From a virus: 64,000 nucleotides of DNA. The notes under the pieces were generated by a model, which did not search any database, had not been told where the DNA came from, and worked only from the letters and a program-made list of their open reading frames with translations. The stretch lies in the IMG/VR virus record IMGVR_UViG_3300017714_002439. One strand, 5' to 3'. Position 1 is the first letter of the stretch; every line of letters begins with the position of its first letter. Positions 38,605 through 47,452 of the stretch are shown here, piece after piece. The translations under genes were made by a program, and so were the position numbers.

Positions 38605-40031
38605 TGTTAAAACAAAAACAACCACCATTAAGTGATGATCAAATATTTTTGAGTTCATCAACAGAGCAAATTACATGGGGAGAGCTACACGCTAACCTTG
38701 ACGCTAAGATTGAGCGTTTAAAAGAATGTGGGATTGGTCCACATGTTGTATTTGTAGTTGCAGAAAATCAAGTTACAATAGATGATTATTTGTGGATACT
38801 TGCTAGTATAAAAAATGGTGGAAGTGCAACACAGGCAGATGGTAGACAAAGTAAGATGGAATTAGATGGGTTAATAGCAGGATCTAAAGCAGTATGTATT
38901 ATACGAAGCAACGAGATCACCATGCTAACAGACGATTTGACACCCACAATACTACATCCACTAGAGATTTACAGAGGTATGACAAGTGGAACTACAGTTA
39001 AAGAGTTTTTTGAAATGTATCCTTTCTTTTGGGATTATGAAGATCACGAACTAGCAATTGTAGACGGAGAAACACTATTAGGTTGCACAGCACATGCATC
39101 AACTCAACATTTATTTGCTATTGCTCCAGAGTTTGAAAAAGACGAACGCCCAAAGATACTTTGCACACATGGATTTACAGCAACATACAATCCATACAAC
39201 TTGTTAAGAATGTATTATGTTGGAGGAGGGTTACACTTCCTAAACTACGGAGATGATGTCCCAGAACAAATACGCAAAGCAAATCCTAATTGTTGTATTT
39301 CATATCCTATTGCAGTTAAAAATATCGTAGATGCATGTCCAGATGATTTTAATTGGAGTGGCATTAAATATTGGGAATGTTCAGGCGGACATACACCCGA
39401 ATCAGTTGTGCGTAGTATTGAAAAGAAGTTTAACTTTGTATGTATGCATAATATGATGGCGTCAACAGAAGCAGACTGTCATTCACGTGCAGAATACAGA
39501 CCAGGTGATCCAATAGAAAACTTTTATGGATTCAAACATAGAATATACAATGGCGATCTTAAACTAGACGAAGAAGGTGTTTTGTGGTATAAGTATGGAA
39601 CACGTGATTGGCAAACAGACGGTGATAAGTTTGATGACAAAGATGGAGTATGGTTTTACAAAGGTAGAGCATTTGATGATGTTATCTTTATGAAAGGTGG
39701 CGTTAAGATTTACACAGGAATGATTGAAGCAAAAGCATTAGAAACTTTAGGTGTAGAAAATGTTGCTAGTTGCAGTAAAGATGAATTACATTACTTAATA
39801 TATACGGGCAGTGCTAATGCATATGATGTAGCAACTAGTTTTAAAGCAATGCAACCATCAAAAAGACCACATGAAATATATCATGTTACTGATAAATTAT
39901 TCTTTGGACAAACAGACGATACTAGAACTCCGCAAAAGCTACAAAAAAGTAAATTAGCAGGAATTGTTTTAAACGGACCACAAGATCAAATACTAAGTCA
40001 TATGCATGTAAAGGATCATTCACTAGTATGA
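38604..40031 (+). CDS. Adenylate-forming (ANL, acyl-CoA synthetase-like) enzyme
   Basis: MTSGTT, MASTE, TDGD, KGRAFDDVIFMKGG.KIY, C-terminal KL.K. Confidence 0.75.
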   Translation: MLKQKQPPLSDDQIFLSSSTEQITWGELHANLDAKIERLKECGIGPHVVFVVAENQVTIDDYLWILASIKNGGSATQADGRQSKMELDGLIAGSKAVCIIRSNEITMLTDDLTPTILHPLEIYRGMTSGTTVKEFFEMYPFFWDYEDHELAIVDGETLLGCTAHASTQHLFAIAPEFEKDERPKILCTHGFTATYNPYNLLRMYYVGGGLHFLNYGDDVPEQIRKANPNCCISYPIAVKNIVDACPDDFNWSGIKYWECSGGHTPESVVRSIEKKFNFVCMHNMMASTEADCHSRAEYRPGDPIENFYGFKHRIYNGDLKLDEEGVLWYKYGTRDWQTDGDKFDDKDGVWFYKGRAFDDVIFMKGGVKIYTGMIEAKALETLGVENVASCSKDELHYLIYTGSANAYDVATSFKAMQPSKRPHEIYHVTDKLFFGQTDDTRTPQKLQKSKLAGIVLNGPQDQILSHMHVKDHSLV

Positions 40032-40717
40032 ATGTTACCAATTCATTAACAACACGCAAATCTACACGTGCTTACACTAATAAAAAAGTAGAAGTATCAT
40101 TAGTTAACGCTATTTTAAAACAAGCGATGCTATCACCTAGTGGAGATAATCATCAACCTTGGCAAGTAGCAGTATTAACAGGTAAAGCAAAAGCTAACCT
40201 ATGTAGTAAATTAGAACAAGCATTTCGATCTGGTGTAAAACCTATTATGGATTATGAATATTATCCACAAAATAAAAAGTCTGAAAAAGAAACAAAATGG
40301 TTTGGCGAGTATAAAGATAATAGAAAAGAATGTGGACTAGCATTATATTCTCAACTAGGCATCACTAGAAAAATGAAAAAAGAAAAAGACGACTTATATG
40401 CTAAAAACTATAGAGCCTTTGATGCACCGGTTATGTTATTATTCTTTATTGATAGAGAACTAGGCTACGGATCCTATGTTGACTATGGAATGTTCTTGCA
40501 AAGTATTATGTTACTAGCAACAGAACATGGATTAGCAACTTGCCCACAAGGCTCACTTAGTGAATATGGAAATATTGTAAGACAGGAATTGCCAGAACAC
40601 AAAGATAAAATAGTATTATGTGGAATGAGCATGGGATATGAAGATAAAGATAGCCTTATAAATAAATATAGAACAACAAGGCAACCAATATCAAAGAAAG
40701 TAAAATATTATGACTAA
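40028..40717 (+). CDS. Nitroreductase-family protein
   Basis: TRKSTRAY, SPSGDNHQPWQV, FDAPV, GLATCPQG, GMSMGYED. Confidence 0.9.
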   Translation: MNVTNSLTTRKSTRAYTNKKVEVSLVNAILKQAMLSPSGDNHQPWQVAVLTGKAKANLCSKLEQAFRSGVKPIMDYEYYPQNKKSEKETKWFGEYKDNRKECGLALYSQLGITRKMKKEKDDLYAKNYRAFDAPVMLLFFIDRELGYGSYVDYGMFLQSIMLLATEHGLATCPQGSLSEYGNIVRQELPEHKDKIVLCGMSMGYEDKDSLINKYRTTRQPISKKVKYYD

Positions 40718-41303
40718 GAAATGGTTAGACGAAGTATATGGTAAAACTAACAGTGAGTTATATGATAACTGGAACAATTATCATGAACAAGTTATAGATG
40801 GACTAGGCTGGAAGTGTCATATATTAGCAGCACAATGGATTGCTGATAACTTTGCAGAAGGAACAGAAGTTGCAGACATTGGATGTGGTAATGGACAAGT
40901 TGGAATAGGACTGCAAGCACATGATTACAAAATAGATGGATACGATATAAATCAACCTATGCTTGATAGATTTATAGCAAAGAATTACAGGTCAATACAA
41001 ATACATGATATAACTAAAGCACCACTACCTAAAAAATATAAATGTATAACAGCAATAGGTGTATTAACAATAGGACATGTTGATGCTAGTGCTTCAAAGA
41101 ATCTAGCTGATAGTTTAACTGATGATGGACTATTGTATTGTAGTATGGGCAAACATAATGTGGATTGGTATTTTGAAGGCGGGTGGAGTTCTCAAAAAGA
41201 TTTAGAAGTTATTAAAATTGAACCTATACATAGTTTAACTACACCAGAAGGTAATAAGCAATATCATAATATGATTACCTTTAAGAAGTCAAAAAAGACT
41301 TAA
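40710..41303 (+). CDS. Class I SAM-dependent methyltransferase
   Basis: VADIGCGNG, DGYDIN..ML, HDIT. Confidence 0.85.
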   Translation: MTKKWLDEVYGKTNSELYDNWNNYHEQVIDGLGWKCHILAAQWIADNFAEGTEVADIGCGNGQVGIGLQAHDYKIDGYDINQPMLDRFIAKNYRSIQIHDITKAPLPKKYKCITAIGVLTIGHVDASASKNLADSLTDDGLLYCSMGKHNVDWYFEGGWSSQKDLEVIKIEPIHSLTTPEGNKQYHNMITFKKSKKT

Positions 41304-42003
41304 TCTCTTTCCAATTTTTATCTTTAACATTTAGCACTAATTTATTATTAGTGTTTATTCTATCTTGCATGTTATGATAAAGCGTGTTCTTAACACTAAT
41401 TAAATATTCGGTCCAATATTCATCTTTCATTAATGTTCCGTGTGTTTTTTGAGCCCATATATCTGCTACAGTAAAGTCTTTCTTTATCTCACTCATACAT
41501 TTTAAAAATACTAAATGCGGATTATTTTCTGGCACAATGTCTGCCATTCTTAGCCACCCTGGAAATTTTGCAGTAGTTTTCATATAACGTTCTGCAAGTG
41601 GATCTATATCATGGATTAAATTAATTACTTTACAGTTAGGAAACCAATGTAATAGCTCTTTAGGCTTACTATGTGTGCAATACACGAACGATTTATCAGT
41701 ATCTGGTGCTAATTGCTTAAACTTTTCAGCAAACATACTATAATAATACTCTGGAAATGGAAAAAAGTCTTTAACATAATCCCATGTAGGTGGAAGTTTC
41801 CCATTTGGCACAATTCTATCAAAATGTGCTGGTGCAACCTTGCGTTGTCTTATTGTAGTATGTTTTGTATTAATGTTCCATGGATTAATTCCATTATCTA
41901 TATGGCTATACCAATATATATTTGGAAGAGTTGCAATTGTTCTTGCAAGTCTATGACCACCGCCACCTTGTTCAAAACTAACAAATATAATATTATTCAT
42001 CAA
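41281..42003 (-). CDS. Hypothetical protein, possible sulfotransferase-like P-loop fold
   Basis: IFVSFEQGGGGHRLAR and CTH...FPNCKVINL patterns. Confidence 0.4.
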   Translation of the reverse strand: MMNNIIFVSFEQGGGGHRLARTIATLPNIYWYSHIDNGINPWNINTKHTTIRQRKVAPAHFDRIVPNGKLPPTWDYVKDFFPFPEYYYSMFAEKFKQLAPDTDKSFVYCTHSKPKELLHWFPNCKVINLIHDIDPLAERYMKTTAKFPGWLRMADIVPENNPHLVFLKCMSEIKKDFTVADIWAQKTHGTLMKDEYWTEYLISVKNTLYHNMQDRINTNNKLVLNVKDKNWKEIKSFLTS

Positions 42004-42271
42004 TAGTCTCTACATGTATTCCACGTATCCATTCATACCATTCTTTGGATCGTCTTTTTGCTTCCATATGTTCTGGGTTATGAGCCCAATCTGTAACATC
42101 TTCTTTACTACGCCAAGTGCTAACAGTAATTTCAATATCACCTATCTCTTCGTTTGTAATAGAAACAAACCCTGAATGACTTTCAGCAAGTTCACGCATT
42201 CTTTTACTCATTGTTACATACTCACTTGGCATAGGTGATTTCATTTTTGCTATAAAAAATACTTTAATCAT
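41993..42271 (-). CDS. Antibiotic biosynthesis monooxygenase (ABM)-domain protein
   Basis: Y..MSKRM.ELA....GF.S, ITVSTW.S.E....W...PEH.EA. Confidence 0.8.
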   Translation of the reverse strand: MIKVFFIAKMKSPMPSEYVTMSKRMRELAESHSGFVSITNEEIGDIEITVSTWRSKEDVTDWAHNPEHMEAKRRSKEWYEWIRGIHVETIDE

Positions 42272-42425
42272 TTTCTTTTTTTAACTCTTCAATAACTTTT
42301 TTCTTAATTGGCATTGTAACAATAGATCCTGTTGTAACTTTATAACCACCTATTTGAAATAATGTAGGACCAATACACCCTGTTAACATAATGCACAGGC
42401 AAAAAATAGCTAAGGTGTTTATCAC
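42264..42425 (-). CDS. 53-aa putative lipoprotein (GTG start, not in ORF track)
   Basis: Hydrophobic N-terminus with LTGC lipobox; start and stop overlap neighbours. Confidence 0.55.
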   Translation of the reverse strand: MINTLAIFCLCIMLTGCIGPTLFQIGGYKVTTGSIVTMPIKKKVIEELKKEND

Positions 42426-43123
42426 TTTCTTCCTTTGTAATACAAGGTTCCTTGAGAATTTACTACAACATCATCTTGTGTATTAAACCAGCCACTGTAA
42501 ACACATATGTCACCATTCACAAAAAACTTACCATCTACAATATTCCATTTACAATAAAAATTATCTCCTAAAATAGTTGCATCTGGTATTGCATGTTCTT
42601 GGTAATATGCAACATCATTCATATTACGAAATACAGTATTAATAGCAGTAGGACCTACTTCACTCATACCCCAATTTGCCATAAATGTAGCTCCTTGTTT
42701 TACAAATGCTTCAATAATATCCCAATCAACTGGATCACTTCCTACTGTAACCCAAATACCAGTTAAGTCTAGATCGTAAAAGTTTTTAGTTTTCATTAAT
42801 GCACGACAATGTGCAGGAACTAAATGTGTATGTGTATAGTTATTAATTTTACTATTAAACGTATAAGCATTAAATGGCTCTACATCAATATGAGCACCTA
42901 CTGTAAAACCGGGTAATGTTTGTGCTAATAATCCACCTGCATGTTCCATTTTACAAACAGTGTATATTCTACTATCACTGTTTATGTTTTGACATTCAAC
43001 AGCAACTTTATTTGCCGCTGTTATTTTATTAATACTTTGACGTATTTCTTTAGGCTCACCAGTAGTTCCACTACTACGTATCACACCGCCTTTAAAAATC
43101 CAATCAGTTAGTTTAAGATCCAT
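42422..43123 (-). CDS. Truncated/minimal adenylate-forming enzyme
   Basis: SSGTTGEPK, H.GGL, NWGMSE, GWFNTQD, YYKGR at the very C-terminus. Confidence 0.75.
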   Translation of the reverse strand: MDLKLTDWIFKGGVIRSSGTTGEPKEIRQSINKITAANKVAVECQNINSDSRIYTVCKMEHAGGLLAQTLPGFTVGAHIDVEPFNAYTFNSKINNYTHTHLVPAHCRALMKTKNFYDLDLTGIWVTVGSDPVDWDIIEAFVKQGATFMANWGMSEVGPTAINTVFRNMNDVAYYQEHAIPDATILGDNFYCKWNIVDGKFFVNGDICVYSGWFNTQDDVVVNSQGTLYYKGRK

Positions 43124-43649
43124 TTCTTACTCTTTCATAATTCTCTATATCTAATAGCCATACATTTTGATTTACATTAAATATCTCTTCTTTGCCTAAA
43201 CAACATACAATATCATATTTTTCTAGTGTTAAAAAAGTTTTATTAACTTTTTGCATTCTACCACTTTGATCAGTATCTGTGTTTGTTGTTATATATAAAA
43301 ATGGATGTTCAGACATTGAGTGACCTTTAGCCCATTCAATTTGGTATGGTAACTGACTATAAAAGCAATAACTTTGCATATGATATCTGTTTAATCCGCA
43401 TGGTCTACTTTCAAGTTGAGCACCACGGAATAATAGACGCCACCCATCTTTAAATGGATGTATTCCACTAAGACTAATAATTTCATCTTTACTGTCATGT
43501 GTTGCAAACCACATGCCACCTTCTTCTAAACACCATTCAAACTTCATGGCTTTAAGAGAGTTATTATTTTTATATCCTAACTCATCACATTTTGTTAAAA
43601 AATTCATTAACTGTGGAGTCGGACTGGTTAACTTGGTCGTGTATATCAT
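43113..43649 (-). CDS. Hypothetical protein, possible GNAT fold
   Basis: Start at 43649 fits promoter spacing; GNAT-like strand pattern only weakly. Confidence 0.45.
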   Translation of the reverse strand: MIYTTKLTSPTPQLMNFLTKCDELGYKNNNSLKAMKFEWCLEEGGMWFATHDSKDEIISLSGIHPFKDGWRLLFRGAQLESRPCGLNRYHMQSYCFYSQLPYQIEWAKGHSMSEHPFLYITTNTDTDQSGRMQKVNKTFLTLEKYDIVCCLGKEEIFNVNQNVWLLDIENYERVRNGS

Positions 43650-43655
43650 GTTTAT

Positions 43656-43698
43656 ATTATATAATAAGGTTGACAATTTGTCAAGATCTACTTATAAT
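43656..43698. promoter_or_regulatory. Interlocked divergent consensus sigma70 promoters
   Basis: TTGACA-N17-TATAAT on both strands around the TTGACAATTTGTCAA palindrome. Confidence 0.85.
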
Positions 43699-43735
43699 AA
43701 ATAAAGTAGTAATCATATTTATACACGGAGAAACA

Positions 43736-44521
43736 ATGGCAATTTTAGAACTTGAAGTTTTAAAGGTTCAGCACTATACTGACGACCTCTTTCATTTTAC
43801 AGTAGCACGTGATCCTGGATTAAGATTCAGAGATGGCGAATTTGTAATGATTGGATTAAATAACTGGTCAGAAAAACTACAAAAGAATAAACCAATAATG
43901 AGGGCATATAGTGTAGCAAGCCCTAACCATCAAGAAACAATAGAATTTTATAGTATTAAAGTTCAAGAAGGACCTTTAACTAGTAAACTACAACACGTAG
44001 TTCCAGGAGATAAAATATTAGTAAATGACAAAGCAGTAGGCACATTAGTTAATACAAATATTAAACCAGGACGTAATTTATACTTACTAGCAACAGGAAC
44101 AGGTGTAGCACCATTTTTATCAATAGCACGTGGAGTAGACACATACGAATACTATGAAAATGTAATATTAGTATGGGGAGCAAGAACAGTTGCAGAACTT
44201 CCATTTGATGCAATGTTTAGGAATTTAAACGAAGATGAAATATACCAACATGTTACAGAAGGCAAATTTAAATTTTATCCAACAGTAACAAGACAACTTT
44301 ATGAAAACGAAGGCCGTGTAACTGATGCAATGTATGAAGGTAAAGTGCAAGAAAAACTAGACTTACCAGAACTAGATTCAGAACAAGATAGAGTTATGAT
44401 ATGTGGAAGTATTCCAATGAACAATGAACTAGTAAAATGGCTAGAAGGCAAAGGGTTTGAAGAAGGCAATAATAAAACACCTGGAACTTATGTAGTGGAG
44501 AGAGCATTTGTAGAACAATGA
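43736..44521 (+). CDS. fpr: Ferredoxin-NADP+ reductase
   Basis: RAYSVAS, GPLTSKL, LATGTGVAPF, VMICGS, terminal ERAF; GGAG SD. Confidence 0.92.
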   Translation: MAILELEVLKVQHYTDDLFHFTVARDPGLRFRDGEFVMIGLNNWSEKLQKNKPIMRAYSVASPNHQETIEFYSIKVQEGPLTSKLQHVVPGDKILVNDKAVGTLVNTNIKPGRNLYLLATGTGVAPFLSIARGVDTYEYYENVILVWGARTVAELPFDAMFRNLNEDEIYQHVTEGKFKFYPTVTRQLYENEGRVTDAMYEGKVQEKLDLPELDSEQDRVMICGSIPMNNELVKWLEGKGFEEGNNKTPGTYVVERAFVEQ

Positions 44522-45285
44522 GTTACCAAGAGCTAATTAAAACACACAGAGATACTATTATAAAAAACTTTGAACCTGCACGGTGCGAAGAAAATGTGTT
44601 TAGCGAAAAAGAACTACATGATTTAACTTTGTATCAGTTTCAAAATGCAGATGACTTTCGGTGGACAAATACTAGCAGTAATATACAACCTATATTAAAT
44701 GTTACACGACTATTTGAAGACTTTACATGGTTACAAGATAAATTTGAATCAATACTAAAACACGACTTTAGTCAATATCATACAGGTAACTATTATATTA
44801 CTACCCAACTACATGATGCACATGTAGACTTAATGACAGAAACAGAAACAAAATTTGACTGGGCAGAGAATTTAATTCCCTATAAAAGTTGTGTAATACC
44901 GTTAGGCATTACAGCAGGCGCTGAAGCCCATACAGCATTTTTTAAACAAAGACATATTGGCACAAGTGTAACATTTGATCGTGTTGGGCAAAGTTCACAA
45001 GATAAAAGTATGTATGAGATTTCACGTGAATATCCAAAGTTAGAAAGACTAGATACTCCAACATTAGAAAACACAGATTATATATTTCCACACATAAACG
45101 AGGATAATATATGTGACTTTGATTTAGAAGCAGTGTTTCCATTTCAACCAGGTAATGCATTAGTATTTGATGCATGCCAGTTACATGCAAGTTGTGTAAC
45201 ACGTAAACGGCCAAACTTTAATTCATTGAAAACAGGAATTAATATACAATTTTATATAAATACAACTGGAAAAATAAACTCATAA
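44518..45285 (+). CDS. 2OG-Fe(II) oxygenase-like protein
   Basis: HVD (HxD), GNALVFD..QLH. Confidence 0.5.
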   Translation: MSYQELIKTHRDTIIKNFEPARCEENVFSEKELHDLTLYQFQNADDFRWTNTSSNIQPILNVTRLFEDFTWLQDKFESILKHDFSQYHTGNYYITTQLHDAHVDLMTETETKFDWAENLIPYKSCVIPLGITAGAEAHTAFFKQRHIGTSVTFDRVGQSSQDKSMYEISREYPKLERLDTPTLENTDYIFPHINEDNICDFDLEAVFPFQPGNALVFDACQLHASCVTRKRPNFNSLKTGINIQFYINTTGKINS

Positions 45286-45331
45286 TTTTTTTTGAGCAAA
45301 TTTTTTTTTGAATAACAAAAAGGAAAAGAAA

Positions 45332-46162
45332 ATGACGCAACTCATAAACCCACAAAAATTTACAGATACAGTTGGCCTTTTAAGGTCATTTTTTTTGGCT
45401 AAAGGATTTTTAGAAGTCCACACCCAAAATAGATTAAGCATATTAGCGGCTTGCGAAGATCCGTTTAATGTAGCAACATACAATTACGCAGGCCAAGTAT
45501 GGCCGTTGCCCCAAACAGGCCAAATGTGGTTAGAACACGAATTATTAAGTAGCCCCGATAGTAAGGGGTTTTTTTGTGTCTCCACGTCCTACAGACAAGA
45601 ACCAAACGCAATACCAGGCAGACATGATATAATATTTCCAATGTTTGAATTTGAAATGCCAGGTAGTGTAGATGATCTAAAAGCAATGGAGTATGAACTA
45701 TGTGAATACTTAGGCTTTGGTAACATTACAGAAAAGACTTATGCTGAATGGCAACAACACTTTGGACTAAGTGCTGATACAGAAATGGAAGCAGAACACG
45801 AACTTGCAATGGAAAAAGAGTTTGGACAAACACTTATTACAAACTTCCCTGAACTAACATCACCTTTCTGGAACATGGCAAGAAACGATGACGGCAACAC
45901 AGCAAAGAAGATGGATGTTATACTAGGTGGTATGGAAACTATTGGATCAGCAGAACGCAGTTGTAATGTTGATACGATGAGAGATACATTTCATAGTATT
46001 ACAGACGGTGCTTACTCAAAACTACTATTTGAATTATTTGGCAAAGATAGAGTAGAGGCAGAACTTGAAAAGTTTTTAGAGTTTGATTTCTTTCAAAGAG
46101 TTGGCGGAGGCATAGGTGTAACACGTATGATTCCTGCACTAGAAAAAATTAACAAAATCTAG
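45332..46162 (+). CDS. Class II aaRS catalytic-domain paralog (AsnA/AS-AR-like amino acid-ammonia ligase)
   Basis: Motif 2 SYRQE...RH, motif 3 GGGIGVTR, ETIGSAER; no anticodon-binding domain. Confidence 0.75.
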   Translation: MTQLINPQKFTDTVGLLRSFFLAKGFLEVHTQNRLSILAACEDPFNVATYNYAGQVWPLPQTGQMWLEHELLSSPDSKGFFCVSTSYRQEPNAIPGRHDIIFPMFEFEMPGSVDDLKAMEYELCEYLGFGNITEKTYAEWQQHFGLSADTEMEAEHELAMEKEFGQTLITNFPELTSPFWNMARNDDGNTAKKMDVILGGMETIGSAERSCNVDTMRDTFHSITDGAYSKLLFELFGKDRVEAELEKFLEFDFFQRVGGGIGVTRMIPALEKINKI

Positions 46163-46168
46163 AAAGCA

Positions 46169-46274
46169 TAAATATTAATATAGGGTAACTAACCTAACTG
46201 GCCCGGGCAGAGATTCATTGTTTACATGTCAACCCCCTTAGGAATATAGCCAAACGGACAGGTTAACCCCTAAT
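46169..46274 (+). promoter_or_regulatory. Late promoter plus structured 5' leader
   Basis: TAAATA then TAGGG...AACCT / AGGTT...CCCTA closing stem from the predicted +1. Confidence 0.45.
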
Positions 46275-46295
46275 TAATTACAAGGAAATAAAAAT

Positions 46296-47048
46296 ATGCA
46301 CACATTATATTTGGTAGTTAGCCAAAGTTGTATCAACCAAATGGAAATTCCATATCTATTAAACAACAGCCCTGAATTACATGGAACAAGTGGACCAGGA
46401 CAACATTGGGCAGGTTATGAACTAAACGGTGAAGCAGTAGATCACGAAGCAGGACCTTTAGGTAAAATACGAGTGCATGATGATTACTGGAATTTAGATG
46501 ACGAAGATAAACAATGGTATAACTTTGATATTCGTAACGAAATGAATATTTCAGAGGAACAATTAAATGGATTACTTAATATAAGCAACAAATATTCAAT
46601 TGCATTATTATTACATGCTCAAAATTTTGATGATGTTTGGAAATGGAGTAGAACACAGAATGTTATTATAGTAAATCCAATTATTAGTCAATGGAGTGAA
46701 GCAGTGCAAACATGGGCGGCTAGAGAGTATAACTATCTAATGGAAGATGACAAAAATGCTAATTACAGCGGATATGATCATGTTTGGCCAGGAACACAAG
46801 AAGTTGCAGAAAAGTTTGTAGAACGCATGAAATATGATAATGTAATAGCAGAACGTAACTCAGACAGATTAATAAAACAACCACAGTGGATGCAAGCACC
46901 AGAAATATACACACTATGGGATAGTGTTGGAATACAGCCACCACAAAGTGAATGGATTGATGCATACGTTGACGATTACAATAAGCATCAAGAATATGAT
47001 ATAGATAAAGTAAATGAATTGAAGGATGCATATGACAAAATCAGATAA
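46296..47048 (+). CDS. Hypothetical protein
   Basis: AAGGA SD. Confidence 0.7.
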   Translation: MHTLYLVVSQSCINQMEIPYLLNNSPELHGTSGPGQHWAGYELNGEAVDHEAGPLGKIRVHDDYWNLDDEDKQWYNFDIRNEMNISEEQLNGLLNISNKYSIALLLHAQNFDDVWKWSRTQNVIIVNPIISQWSEAVQTWAAREYNYLMEDDKNANYSGYDHVWPGTQEVAEKFVERMKYDNVIAERNSDRLIKQPQWMQAPEIYTLWDSVGIQPPQSEWIDAYVDDYNKHQEYDIDKVNELKDAYDKIR

Positions 47049-47439
47049 TATAGATACTAAGTCAGAATTAACTCAAGTAGAAAAAACAAGCTTCTTGCCA
47101 TTTAAAGAAACAATCAAAATTTACGTTTTTAAAAAAGAAAATTCAGTTCAACTTAGTTTTCGTTTTTCAGATAATGCAGTGTTTACTGATAAATTAAGTA
47201 TTCCAGACATGCATATTATTTGCAATGAATGGGATAATGGAGGTGTGAATGGAATTGAAACATGGATGGGAAAAGTGTTCTGGGAGAAGCGTAATTGTGG
47301 ACCAAGACCAGATTGTAAGCCTGCAGAGTTTGTAGCAATACAATTTAATAAATGGAATTTTAGATTAACAATAGAAGAAATGAATAACCTAATAAAGGAG
47401 TTTAATAAGCAGTTAAATAGTGCTAATTATTGGGATTAA
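47026..47439 (+). CDS. Hypothetical protein
   Basis: Overlapping ORF; exact start uncertain. Confidence 0.55.
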   Translation: MHMTKSDNIDTKSELTQVEKTSFLPFKETIKIYVFKKENSVQLSFRFSDNAVFTDKLSIPDMHIICNEWDNGGVNGIETWMGKVFWEKRNCGPRPDCKPAEFVAIQFNKWNFRLTIEEMNNLIKEFNKQLNSANYWD

Positions 47440-47441
47440 GA

Positions 47442-47447
47442 TAAATA
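47442..47447 (+). promoter_or_regulatory. Late promoter, leaderless spacing
   Basis: TAAATA-N5-ATG(47453). Confidence 0.6.
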
Positions 47448-47452
47448 GCATT

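Noticed and set aside
45255-45331. T-rich hairpins before the AsnA-like gene as an attenuator
   Set aside because: No leader peptide with Asn/Asp codons; homopolymer runs pair trivially.
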